The notes: generated from the sequence alone by a model not told the origin. Positions 27,928-37,610 are shown, numbered from the stretch's first letter. The stretch: 64,000 nt of DNA from an uncultured delta proteobacterium (GCA_963843145.1 CAWJJC010000012.1:32001-96000); one strand, 5' to 3'. Program-made: numbers and translations.

Positions 27928-29667
27928 ATGCTAACCAAATTAACCATCCATAATTTTAAGCGGTTTGGAGCGGTTGAAATCGAGCTGGGCAATCCGGTGG
28001 TCTTTATCGGCCCCAATAATTCGGGGAAGACTTCGGCCTTGCAGGCCCTGGCTCTCTGGGAGATCGGCCTTAAAAAATGGAATGAAAAACGCAAAGGCAA
28101 ATCGGCGCCGGAAAAGCGGCCGGGGGTCACCATCAACCGGAAAGATCTGGTCTCCATCCCCGTTCCGGATGCCAACCTGTTGTGGCGGGATCTGCACGTT
28201 CGGGATGTTCGGAAAAGTGAAGGGAAGCCTCAGACAAAAAATATCCGGATTGAGATTATCGTGGAAGGGATTACCAACGATAAATCCTGGATCTGTGGGT
28301 TGGAATTTGACTATGCCAACGAGGAGTCTTTTTACTGCCGGCCGCTCCGGTCAGGCGAATCGGAGGGCGAGCCGGGCCGCATGGTTATTCCGGACGAAGC
28401 CGAGTTGGTGCAAACGGCCTTTCTGCCCCCCATGTCCGGTTTGGCGGCCAATGAAACCCGTCTGGATGACGGGGCCATTAATGTCCGGGTCGGGGAAGGA
28501 AGGACAGCCGAGGTTCTGCGGAACCTTTGCCATAAAGTTTTTGAGCGTCAGAACGATTGCTGGGACAGGATGGTCGGGCAAATCCAGTCACTTTTCGGAG
28601 CGGACTTGGATGTCCCCCAATATATTCCCGAACGCGGGGAAATCAAACTAAGCTACAAAGAAAATGGAAGATCCTACGACTTGTCCTCTTCCGGCAGAGG
28701 GTTGCAGCAGACCCTTCTGCTTCTGTCTTATATGTATGCCAACCGGGGTGCCGTTTTATTACTGGATGAACCCGACGCCCATCTGGAAATCCTCCGCCAG
28801 CGGCAGATTTATCAATTGCTGGTCGATGTGGCCCGGGAAAACGACAACCAGATCATCGCCGCCAGCCATTCCGAGGTGCTGCTTAATGAGGCCGCTGAAA
28901 GAGACGTGGTGGTGGCCTTTGTGGGAACCCCCCACCGGATGGATGACCGGGGCAGTCAGGTTCTGAAGGCCCTGAGGGAAATTGGGTTCGAGCATTATTA
29001 TCAGGCGGAACAAACCGGATGGGTCCTTTATCTGGAAGGCTCTACGGACCTGGCCATTCTCAGGGCTTTGGCGGAAAAAATCGGCCATGAGGACGCGATT
29101 CGAGTGCTGAACAAACCATTTGTCCACTATATCCGAAATCAGCCGCAGGAAGTCTTAAGGCATTTTCACGGCTTAAGGGAAGCCACCCCAAAGTTAAGGG
29201 GTGTGGCCATTTTTGACCGGCTGGATCAGGAAATTCCCGCTATTAATGGAGTAGAGTGCCTGGAGTGGCGGCGAAGAGAGATCGAAAATTACCTGTGCTA
29301 CATAGAAACACTTTTTGAATATGCCAAGGCCACGAGCCAAGTCGATTCCATCGGCCCCCTTTTTGCCGCCGGTGAAGCCTCCCGCCGAATGAAGGCGATG
29401 GAAGAGGCCATAGAGGAAGTCACCCGGGCCATGGAGACCTTTGGCAAAGGTTCCCCTTGGGACGTTAATACCAAGGTCAGCGACGATTTTCTGGACCCCC
29501 TGTTCAGGTCTTATTTCAGGAGACTGGGGCTCTATAATGTAATGGCCAAGAAAAATTTCCATGAACTGGCTTACTTTGTCCCGGAGAATCAGATTGACCC
29601 GGAAGTGAAAGAGAAGCTGGATGCCCTGGTCAAAGTGGCCAATTCAGCCAAGCCGTTTGAAAACTAA
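27928..29667 (+). CDS. ABC-type ATPase with C-terminal TOPRIM-like domain (OLD/AAA_15-like)
   Basis: GPNNSGKT, LLDEPDAHL, SHS; C-terminal LYLEGSTD, IFDRLD, RREIENYL. Confidence 0.8.
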   Translation: MLTKLTIHNFKRFGAVEIELGNPVVFIGPNNSGKTSALQALALWEIGLKKWNEKRKGKSAPEKRPGVTINRKDLVSIPVPDANLLWRDLHVRDVRKSEGKPQTKNIRIEIIVEGITNDKSWICGLEFDYANEESFYCRPLRSGESEGEPGRMVIPDEAELVQTAFLPPMSGLAANETRLDDGAINVRVGEGRTAEVLRNLCHKVFERQNDCWDRMVGQIQSLFGADLDVPQYIPERGEIKLSYKENGRSYDLSSSGRGLQQTLLLLSYMYANRGAVLLLDEPDAHLEILRQRQIYQLLVDVARENDNQIIAASHSEVLLNEAAERDVVVAFVGTPHRMDDRGSQVLKALREIGFEHYYQAEQTGWVLYLEGSTDLAILRALAEKIGHEDAIRVLNKPFVHYIRNQPQEVLRHFHGLREATPKLRGVAIFDRLDQEIPAINGVECLEWRRREIENYLCYIETLFEYAKATSQVDSIGPLFAAGEASRRMKAMEEAIEEVTRAMETFGKGSPWDVNTKVSDDFLDPLFRSYFRRLGLYNVMAKKNFHELAYFVPENQIDPEVKEKLDALVKVANSAKPFEN

Positions 29668-29696
29668 TAGAAAATCTCTACTGACTGATTGTATGG

Positions 29697-32139
29697 ATGG
29701 AAAATACTGAGAATCTCAAAAAGCAATTGAATGAAGCCCTGAATGAGTGCGCTCGCCTGAAGGCTGAAAATGCCCGGTTGCGCCGGAGGCTCGGTAGTAT
29801 CCCGGAAGAGGAGGCTTCAACCTCTAAAAGTACTCTGGCGGAACCCAACCTGCCTTTTGCCCCAACGGCTTTTAAGATCACCAATGATTCTCCATCGAAA
29901 GACAAAATAGCCCTGTTTAGGAGTCTTTTTCGCGGACGGGAAGATGTTTATCCGGTTCGCTGGGAGCGGAAGGACGGCCGGTCCGGGTATTCTCCGGCTT
30001 GCGTTCTCGAATGGAAAAGGCCCCTGTGCGGGAAACCGCTGGTAAAATGCGGGGACTGCCGCCATCGAAAATTCTTGCCGGTTACTGAGGAAGTCCTCCA
30101 CCACCATCTTATTGGGAAGCACACCGTCGGGGTGTACCCCATGCTTCCGGATGAAACCTGCTGGTTTCTGGCCGTCGATTTCGACCGGAAGACCTGGCAG
30201 GAGGACGCCCGGGCCTTTCTGGCCACCTGCCATAAGATGGCCATACCGGCGGCCCTGGAAAGGTCCCGCTCCGGGAAAGGGGGACATGTCTGGCTGTTCT
30301 TCCAAAGCCCGCTTCCGGCCTCCCTGGCTCGAAAATTGGGCTGCGTGATTCTGACCCGTACTCTGGAGGAACGGCACCAACTCGGGTTGGATTCCTATGA
30401 CCGTCTTTTCCCCAACCAGGATACGCTGCCCAAAGGCGGATTTGGCAATCTGATCGCCCTTCCTTTGCAGTGGGGCCCCCGGGAAACGGGGAACAGTGTT
30501 TTTTTGAATCCGGATGGGGACCCCTATCCGGACCAGTGGGTTTTCCTGTCCGGTCTCGACCGGCTTCCGGGTGAGACCGTGGAAACCCTGGTGGGTGAGG
30601 CCTCCCGGGCCGGGGAAATAATATCCGTTCGACAAATCCCGACCGATGAACAGCTCGATGAAGATCCTCGGCCAGAGTTACCTTCCGGAAGCAGAACGGC
30701 AAGACCCCCGGCCGGACCTTGGCCGAAACAGATCCGTCTGGTGATCAGTGATTTGATCTATATCGAAAAAGAGGGTTTGCCCCCGTCCATGCTCAACGCC
30801 CTAACCCAGTTGGCGGCCTTTCAAAATCCTGAGTTTTACCGGGCGCAGGCCATGCGCCTGCCGATCTTTAATATTCCCCGGATCATTCGCTGCGCGGAGG
30901 ATTTTCCCCAACAGATCGGCCTGCCCCGGGGATGCCTGGAAGAGGTGTTGCCGTTTCTTTAATGACGGCGGCACCACCGTGACGATCGACGATCAACGAA
31001 ATGAGCCCACCCCGATCAGGGTTCATTTTCGCGGGGAACTCCGTCCCGAACAGGAAGAGGTGGCTAGAAACATATTGGGCTATGAAAATGGGATCCTTTC
31101 CGCCCCCACCGCCTTTGGTAAAACGGTCATCGCGGCCTGGGTCATCGCCCAGAGGAAGGTCAGCACGCTGGTTCTGGTCCATCGAAAACAGCTCCTGGAT
31201 CAGTGGCGGGATCGATTAGCCGATTTTCTGGATCTGCCCAAAAGTGAAATCGGTCAGATCGGAGGGGGAAAGGGACAACCGGCCGGGGTGATCGACGTGG
31301 CGGTCCTACAAAGCCTGGTTCGAAAAGGCGTGGTTAAGGATATCATTTCCGAATATTCCCAGGTTATTGTGGACGAGTGCCATCATATCCCGGCCTTCAG
31401 CTTTGAGCAGGTTTTAAAGAGGGCCAGAGCCCGATTTGTCCTGGGCCTGACGGCTACCCCAATCCGGAAAGACGGCCACCAGCCCATACTAATGATGCAA
31501 TGCGGTCCCGTACGGTATAAGGGGCAGGCCAAAAAAAGCGTTCAGGATGATCCCTTTGAGCATGTGGTCCTTCCTCGCTTGACCGAATTCAATATACCTC
31601 CCAATAAAGATCTGACCATTCAGGAAATCTATAACGCCATGCTGTTCGATCAGGCCCGAAATGACTTGATTTTCGATGATTTGTTAACCGCCCTGGAAGC
31701 CGGCCGATCGCCTCTTTTGTTGACCGAACGAACGGAACATCTCGACCTGCTGGCCGGAAGGCTTAAAAACTTTGCCAGGAATATGATTATCTTGAAGGGC
31801 GGCATGGGGAAAAAGCAACGAACCGCCATCAACGATCAAATGAAGGCCATCCCGGACCGGGAAGAGCGCCTGATACTGGCCACCGGCCGGTATATCGGCG
31901 AAGGGTTTGACGATGCCCGCCTGGACACGCTGTTTCTGGTCATGCCCATCTCCTGGCGGGGCACCTTGCAACAATATGTGGGACGTTTACATCGCCTTCA
32001 CGACAATAAACGGGTGGTCCAGGTTTACGATTATGTGGATAAAAAAGTCCCGATGCTGATGCGGATGTACAACAAGCGGCTGATCGGCTATAAGGCCCTC
32101 GGCTATAAAATGGAAAAACCAAGTGGCCGGCAAGTTTAA
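29697..32139 (+). CDS. AEP-primase-like (TOTE-type) domain fused to SF2 DEAD/Res-type helicase (frameshift near 30958)
   Basis: FRGREDVY, CWFLAVDFD, ERSRSGKGGHVW, GFGNLIALPLQ; the second ORF has APTAFGKT, DECHH, GLTATP, GEGFD, QYVGRLHR. Confidence 0.82.
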
Positions 32140-32158
32140 ATGATTGCATAGACCAGGG

Positions 32159-32200
32159 TTGATAGATTCTGCCTTTATAGATATAATTATTCTGAAGAGG
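32159..32200 (+). promoter_or_regulatory. Sigma70 promoter and RBS of hgcA
   Basis: TTGATA (32159)-17 nt-TATAAT (32182); GAGG at 32197-32200 before TTG 32212. Confidence 0.75.
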
Positions 32201-32211
32201 CAATTATTCCC

Positions 32212-33339
32212 TTGGAACAACTACCAACACTAACTCCGGTTTCCGCACCGACTTCCTGCTGACCCTCCAAGGCCCCGGCTCAGGTGAGCCCGCCCCGGAT
32301 GGATCAGCCGTTTGTGATCGGCCGGATCAATACCCTCAGCGGTGAGGTGCCGCAGGTTTCATCCGATCTGACCTCGGCCGATCGCTGGGGCGCGGTCAAG
32401 GCCCGCTGGGGGGTGGGGCGGATGCATTTCACCGTCGATCCCGGGCTGTATGCCCTGGGAAATCCCAATGGAGAATCTCCGGTCCTGGTTACCGCCAATT
32501 ACAAAATGAGCTTCGACGCCCTGCGGCGGGCCTTGCCCGGTCTGGAGGCCTGGATTCTGGTTTTGGACACTAGGGGAATCAACGTCTGGTGCGCTGCCGG
32601 CAAGGGCACCTTCGGCACCGGGGAACTGGTCGGGAGGATCCAGGGGAGCGGTTTAGAAAGAATCGTTAAACATCGAAAAGTAATTTTGCCGCAATTGTCC
32701 GGTCCGGGTGTGGCCGGTCATCAGGTGAAAAAAATGTCAGGCTTTCAGGCAGTCTTCGGACCCGTCCGGGCCCAAGACCTGCCCGCCTATCTTTCGGCCG
32801 GCTGCCGGGCTACCCCCGAAATGCGCCGCAAGACCTTCACCCTCCGGGAACGGGCCGTCCTGATCCCCGTGGAGCTGGTGCAGGCCTTCAAGCCGGCCTT
32901 GCTGGTCATGCTGGCTTTTTTCCTGCTAAGCGGTTTCGGTGGAACGGGCGGATATGGAACCAACCTCGGGCATCAAGGACCCTGGTCGGTCCTGGCCATT
33001 CTTTCGGCCTTGTTGACCGGCGCCGTATTGACACCCCTGCTGCTGCCCTGGGTTCCCGGCCGGGCCTTTTCACTCAAAGGCTGGATACTTGGTCTGGCTT
33101 CAGCCTGGGGCCTTATACTCTTAAGGGGGGTTTCTCTGGGAAGCGGATTTCATCCGTTGGAAGCCTTGGCCTGGCTGCTCCTTTTGCCGGCGATTTCGGC
33201 CTACCTGGCCATGAATTTTACCGGGGCCTCAACCTATACTTCTCTCTCCGGGGTCAAGAAGGAAATGCGCTGGGCCATGCCCCTGGAAATCGGTTTTGGT
33301 GCTGCCGGTTTAATCTGTTGGATATTGGCGCGATTTTAA
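32212..33339 (+). CDS. hgcA: Mercury methylation corrinoid protein HgcA, probably a selenoprotein (in-frame TGA 32260-32262)
   Basis: VTANYKMSFD, cap-helix GINVWCAAGKGTFG, C-terminal TM helices, NFTGASTYTSLSGVKKEM. N-terminal extension MEQLPTLTPVSAPTSC-U-PSK is in frame with ORF 32284. Confidence 0.95.
32277..32290 (+). promoter_or_regulatory. Candidate bacterial SECIS hairpin
   Basis: GGCTC-AGGT-GAGCC stem-loop starting 14 nt after the UGA, with G in the apical loop. Confidence 0.55.
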
Positions 33340-33351
33340 ATTTAAAAATTC

Positions 33352-33464
33352 ATGTCATTGCGAGGAGCGAAACGACGAAGCAATCCCCGAGTCAGCTTAT
33401 GGCGTTCCCTAAGCTCGCCATGGAGATTGCTTCCCCCGGATCGAGTCCGGGGTCGCAATGACAT
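33352..33464. repeat. 113-bp palindromic REP/MITE-like element between hgcA and hgcB
   Basis: 12-bp terminal inverted repeat ATGTCATTGCGA/TCGCAATGACAT, inner GAAGCAATC/GATTGCTTC, and nested hairpins. Confidence 0.85.
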
Positions 33465-33498
33465 AGGTGATTTATTCTCGGATTAAGGGTGAGACTTT

Positions 33499-33837
33499 AT
33501 GGCGGAATTGATTTATCTCAAAAATGTGGTGACCCTGCGACTGGACCCGGAAAAATGTACCGGCTGCGGGACCTGCCTGGAGGTCTGCCCTCGACAGGTA
33601 TTTTCTTTGAACGGGAAGAAGGTCCGGATTGCCAACCGGGATGCCTGTATGGAATGCGGCGCCTGCGCCCTGAATTGCCCTTTTGAAGCCTTGGCGGTCG
33701 AAGCCGGAGTAGGTTGCGCGGCCGCCGTGATCAATTCCGCCCTGGGCCGGACCGGCGATTCCTGCTGCTGCGTTATAGAACCCAAGAAATCCGGATCCAC
33801 TCAGGGGACGGAAACACAAAAACCTTCCTGCTGTTGA
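33499..33837 (+). CDS. hgcB: Mercury methylation ferredoxin HgcB
   Basis: Two CxxCxxCxxxC motifs including the diagnostic CMECGAC; GVGCA; Cys-rich tail; adjacent to hgcA. Confidence 0.95.
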   Translation: MAELIYLKNVVTLRLDPEKCTGCGTCLEVCPRQVFSLNGKKVRIANRDACMECGACALNCPFEALAVEAGVGCAAAVINSALGRTGDSCCCVIEPKKSGSTQGTETQKPSCC

Positions 33838-33891
33838 ATCTCCATTGAACGCACCACCCAGAATAAAATGAAAAGTAATGAAGGGGGCTGA

Positions 33892-35290
33892 ATGCTGACG
33901 GTCGTTCTTTTATGTCTGAATCTGGTTTTGCTCTTGGCCGCTGTTTTTTTTACCTCCGAAAGCCTGCGGGAAAAAGAGCCCCGGGCGCCTAAATTCGGGA
34001 TCGCCGTGGTCTTTTTCCATCTGGGGTTGGCGGTACTCATTCTGACTGTCCCGCCCAGTCGACCATTCCTGGCCGTGTTCTTCGGAATCCTGGTATTCCT
34101 TTTCCTTCTTTTCCTGATACCGGGAAAATCCAACCCCCGGGCATTGAAAGGGGCCGCAGGGCATATCGTCGGTCCGGTGACCCGTTTCGACGAGCGGGAT
34201 ATCGTCTTCGCTCGTAATCGTTCCCTGCCGCCGGATTCCGCCATGTATCGACAATATTATGATCAGCATCCGGACAAGGAAGAGGTCGACGCCCGGAGGC
34301 GGGAACGGGGTGGTCCTATCGGACGTCCGGGATCCATCGACAACGGGTATCCTCCCAATGTTTCCATGATCCTGGCTTCCTTCGCCCTCCCGGGTTTCCT
34401 GGCCGGCCAGGCGCAGGTGACGCCTGATCCTGCCAAGGCTCCGGTATCGCTGAATTCGAAGGAAGCCTCCGAAATAGTCAAGGGATTTGCCCGCCATCTG
34501 GGGGCCGCGCTGGTTGGGATCTGCCGGGTAAACCCCCTCTGGGCTTATTCCCACCGGGGAGAAATTTTTGATAATAATTGGGAGGATTGGGGGAAGGAAA
34601 TCGGCCAACCACTACCCTATGCGGTAGTCATCGCCACGGAAATGGACCTGGAAAATGTGGGCGCCGGTCCTCATACGCCGGCACTGGTGGAGAGTTCGGC
34701 TAACTACGCCTTAGGAGCCTATATCACCACCATCCTGGCCCAATGGTTCGGAGGCCTCGGCTACCGGGCCGTGGCCCACCATAACCGACACTATGATTTG
34801 CTTCTGGTGCCCCTGGCCGTTGATGCCGGTCTGGGCGAACTGGGACGGCACGGCTATTTGGTGGCGGATCGCCTGGGTCCCCGGGTTCGGCTGTTTGCGG
34901 TGACTACGGATTTGCCCCTGCAGCCGGACCTTCCCCGCGATAAGGGGATCGAGGCCTTCTGCCGGGCATGTAAGAAGTGCGCCACCGCCTGTCCGTCCCG
35001 GTCGATCCCCCTGGAAGGGATGACCGTTCAAAACGGGCTGGAGCGGTGGAAGCTCCAGGAAGAGACCTGCTTTGAATACTGGGGCAAGGTCGGCACCGAT
35101 TGCTCGGTCTGTATGGGGATCTGCCCCTTCTCGCGACCCAACCGCTCTGTCCATAAGATCGTCAAATGGTTGCTGCCTCGGTCCTGGCTGGCCCAGACGG
35201 ATTCTGCCCCATCTGGATAATTGGGTGTATGGCCGGAAATGGAAACCCAGAGCGGTGGCGCCCTGGGTGCAATATTCATCTGCCCGATAA
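33892..35290 (+). CDS. Membrane-anchored reductive dehalogenase/QueG-superfamily cobalamin Fe-S protein (frameshift near 35200)
   Basis: Three N-terminal TM helices, LGAALVGI, PLAVDAGLGELGRHG, GPRVRL, CRACKKCATACP, CFEYW...CSVCMGICP; the C-terminus continues in the frame ending at 35290. Confidence 0.85.
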
Positions 35291-35314
35291 TGTTTTAGCG
35301 AAAAAAAACGGAAA

Positions 35315-35734
35315 TCAGTCCAGTTTTATTGGGTGTCCCCACAGCTCTAAAAATTCTTCGGGAGATCTTATTTTAACTCCACCATAATCCCCTTTGGGAA
35401 AATGCTTTTTATTGGCCGTTACCAGGATCTCCGCCCTGGCGGCCAGGGCTGCCTCCAGAAAAGGGTCGTCATCCGGATCAGGAAGATATATCGGCAAAGG
35501 GGCGGCGGCCACTGCCAGGCCCTCCTCCTCTATTTGGTCAAGAAAAGCGGTTACCTGGCTTTTCGAGAAACCAAATTTGGGACGGTTTAGGACATCGCGA
35601 TATTCCGCTATGGTCCGAAGGTCATAAGCGCATCGAATCCGGCCGTCCGCTGCCAGTCGCAGGATCATCGCGGATTTGCCGAAGGGCCGTAAAATTCCGG
35701 AAACGACGACATTGGAATCGAGGACAACGATCAC
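35315..35734 (-). CDS. PIN-domain toxin
   Basis: VVLDSNV, DPDDDPFL and LVTANKKHF motifs. Confidence 0.9.
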   Translation of the reverse strand: MIVVLDSNVVVSGILRPFGKSAMILRLAADGRIRCAYDLRTIAEYRDVLNRPKFGFSKSQVTAFLDQIEEEGLAVAAAPLPIYLPDPDDDPFLEAALAARAEILVTANKKHFPKGDYGGVKIRSPEEFLELWGHPIKLD

Positions 35735-36015
35735 CGTTTCCGGCCTTGGCGGACGGCTTTGATTTCCGCCTCAATTTCCGATCCCGTTAAACGGTCCAAC
35801 CCCCGATCGAGCGATTGCTGCTGCATCTCTTCCAAGGCCATTAGTGCCCGACTCCGCCGGAGAGCTTGAAGAGTTTTTTCCAGCGTTTCTTCGGTAACCC
35901 CGGAAAGCAGGGCCACCGGCTTCCCGTTGGAAGTGATGACCACCTCTTCCTTCCGGATTTTTTCCCAGATTTCCCTGGGCTTGGTACTTAATTCCCGCAC
36001 CGTTATGAACTGCAT
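35731..36015 (-). CDS. Phd/YefM-family antitoxin
   Basis: MQFITVREL...VVITSNGKPVA; overlaps the PIN gene. Confidence 0.9.
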   Translation of the reverse strand: MQFITVRELSTKPREIWEKIRKEEVVITSNGKPVALLSGVTEETLEKTLQALRRSRALMALEEMQQQSLDRGLDRLTGSEIEAEIKAVRQGRKR

Positions 36016-36046
36016 AGGATAACCTCACAAATAAATGTTAGACAAA

Positions 36047-36075
36047 ATACTATCAATATATCTGATAATTGTCAA
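36047..36075 (-). promoter_or_regulatory. Sigma70 promoter of the TA operon
   Basis: TTGACA-17 nt-TAGTAT on the minus strand. Confidence 0.6.
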
Positions 36076-36273
36076 TCATTTATTAACTTTAATCCTCGGG
36101 AAAATGGTCTGCGATTCGGGACGAATCGTTACGTACCGAAAATGGGGGGGGGATCGTCAGAGGACTTCAGGATTGACGCTATAAGTCGGAAAAGCCTTTT
36201 TGCCGCCGACCTAGGCGGACAGCCTGGCCGGTCCTTCGGGTAATAATACTTCCTCTTGAAATTCAACGGGATA

Positions 36274-36441
36274 TTAGCGGTAGCGAGCCTCAATTTCGTC
36301 CCGTTCGTCCGGCGTCAGGGATTTCAGATAAGATTTCCAGCCGGGACACCAGCGGGTGTGCCATTTCCAAAATCTTCCTAACAGAGATTTGGGGTTGGCG
36401 TCATGCCGGGCACGGAGCCGGCAGGTTTCACAGGATTTCAT
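36274..36441 (-). CDS. Small 55-aa Cys/Trp-rich protein (absent from the ORF track)
   Basis: MKSCETCRLRARHDANPKSLLGRFWKWHTRWCPGWKSYLKSLTPDERDEIEARYR*, preceded by GGGAGGAG. Confidence 0.75.
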   Translation of the reverse strand: MKSCETCRLRARHDANPKSLLGRFWKWHTRWCPGWKSYLKSLTPDERDEIEARYR

Positions 36442-36473
36442 TTCTCCTCCCAAGGCGAGCGGTTCGGATAATT

Positions 36474-36505
36474 GATAGACCCGGAGGGAGTCCTCCGGGT
36501 CTATC
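36474..36505 (-). terminator. Stem-loop downstream of dctP
   Basis: GATAGACCCGGAGG-GAGT-CCTCCGGGTCTATC. Confidence 0.6.
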
Positions 36506-36590
36506 CTCTTTGATTAGGTCGGCGGGGGGCTGAAGTGACAAAAGCCGAAGTTGTCTTTAGCTCTAGCCAAAAATTTGAAAAATTTTTGGC

Positions 36591-37610
36591 TTAGGGATTC
36601 TTCTTTAACCAATCCTGGCAGAATTTCAGCGCCTCGTCTCCCGGAAGCCCTTTAGCCTTCATTCTTTGCACGTATTCGCTGAGGATCGGCTGCACCAGTT
36701 TGGCCCAGCGTTCGTCTTCCGCTTTGGAAAGGGATATGACCTGATTGCCCTTGGCCTTGGTGGTTTCCAACCCCGCCTTGTCGAAATCGTCCCAGGCTTT
36801 GCCGGTTTTTTCAATCCACTCCTCATTTACTTTCTGAATGGTGGCCTGAACCTCCTTGGGCAGGGTGACCCATTTTTGCTTGTTCATGATTACCGCAAAG
36901 GCAATGGAGTAGGCTGAACCATAATTCAACGTGGTGGATTTGATCACTTCCGCGAATTTCCAGCCTTTTAAGGATTCGAGCGGACACATGACCCCGTCAA
37001 CCACCCCTTTTTGCAGGGAATCGTAAGTCTCCGGCATGGGCATGGCTACCGGGGTTCCTCCTAAATGGCTGACGATTTTGGCGCTGGTGCCGGTGCAGCG
37101 GATCTTCAGGCCCTTTAAATCCTCCAGTCGGGCTACCGGCTTCTTGGTGTTGAGGAGGCCCGGGCCGTGGGCGTGGAGATACATGACTTTGGTATCATCA
37201 AATTCCTTGGGTTGAAACTTTTGATAATAGGCGTTGATCAAGTGGGTGGCCTGAAGGCCGCTTTTATAGCCCAGCGGCATATCGATCACTTCCGTCAAGG
37301 GAAAACGGCCGGCCGTGTAGCTGAGGACCACAAAGGCCAGATCGGAGATGCCCTTGACCACGCCGTCATAGGCCTGATTGGCCGGGGTGAGCGTACCTCC
37401 GGGGAAATAGGTGAATTTGACCGCCCCCTGGGTCCTTTTTTCAATTTCCTTGCCCCATTCCTGGACCAAGAGGGTATGTCCATGCATCGCCGGCATGAAA
37501 ATGGAATAGGTCAGTTCCACGGGTTTACCCTGGGCGCCCGCGAAATCGGTAAAGAGGGCGCCAAACAAAAACAGCACACCTGCGATCAAACAGAACCCTT
37601 TTTTAGCCAT
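36591..37610 (-). CDS. dctP: TRAP transporter substrate-binding protein
   Basis: Signal peptide, DLKGLKIR and MPMPETYDSLQKGVVDG. Confidence 0.88.
   Translation of the reverse strand: MAKKGFCLIAGVLFLFGALFTDFAGAQGKPVELTYSIFMPAMHGHTLLVQEWGKEIEKRTQGAVKFTYFPGGTLTPANQAYDGVVKGISDLAFVVLSYTAGRFPLTEVIDMPLGYKSGLQATHLINAYYQKFQPKEFDDTKVMYLHAHGPGLLNTKKPVARLEDLKGLKIRCTGTSAKIVSHLGGTPVAMPMPETYDSLQKGVVDGVMCPLESLKGWKFAEVIKSTTLNYGSAYSIAFAVIMNKQKWVTLPKEVQATIQKVNEEWIEKTGKAWDDFDKAGLETTKAKGNQVISLSKAEDERWAKLVQPILSEYVQRMKAKGLPGDEALKFCQDWLKKNP

Noticed and set aside
30940-30980. Programmed frameshift between primase and helicase
   Set aside because: No canonical slippery heptamer; it fits the window-wide +1 error pattern.
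33835-33891. Possible Sec read-through at the hgcB stop (CC-TGA)
   Set aside because: No SECIS-like hairpin follows, and terminal CC is the normal HgcB end.
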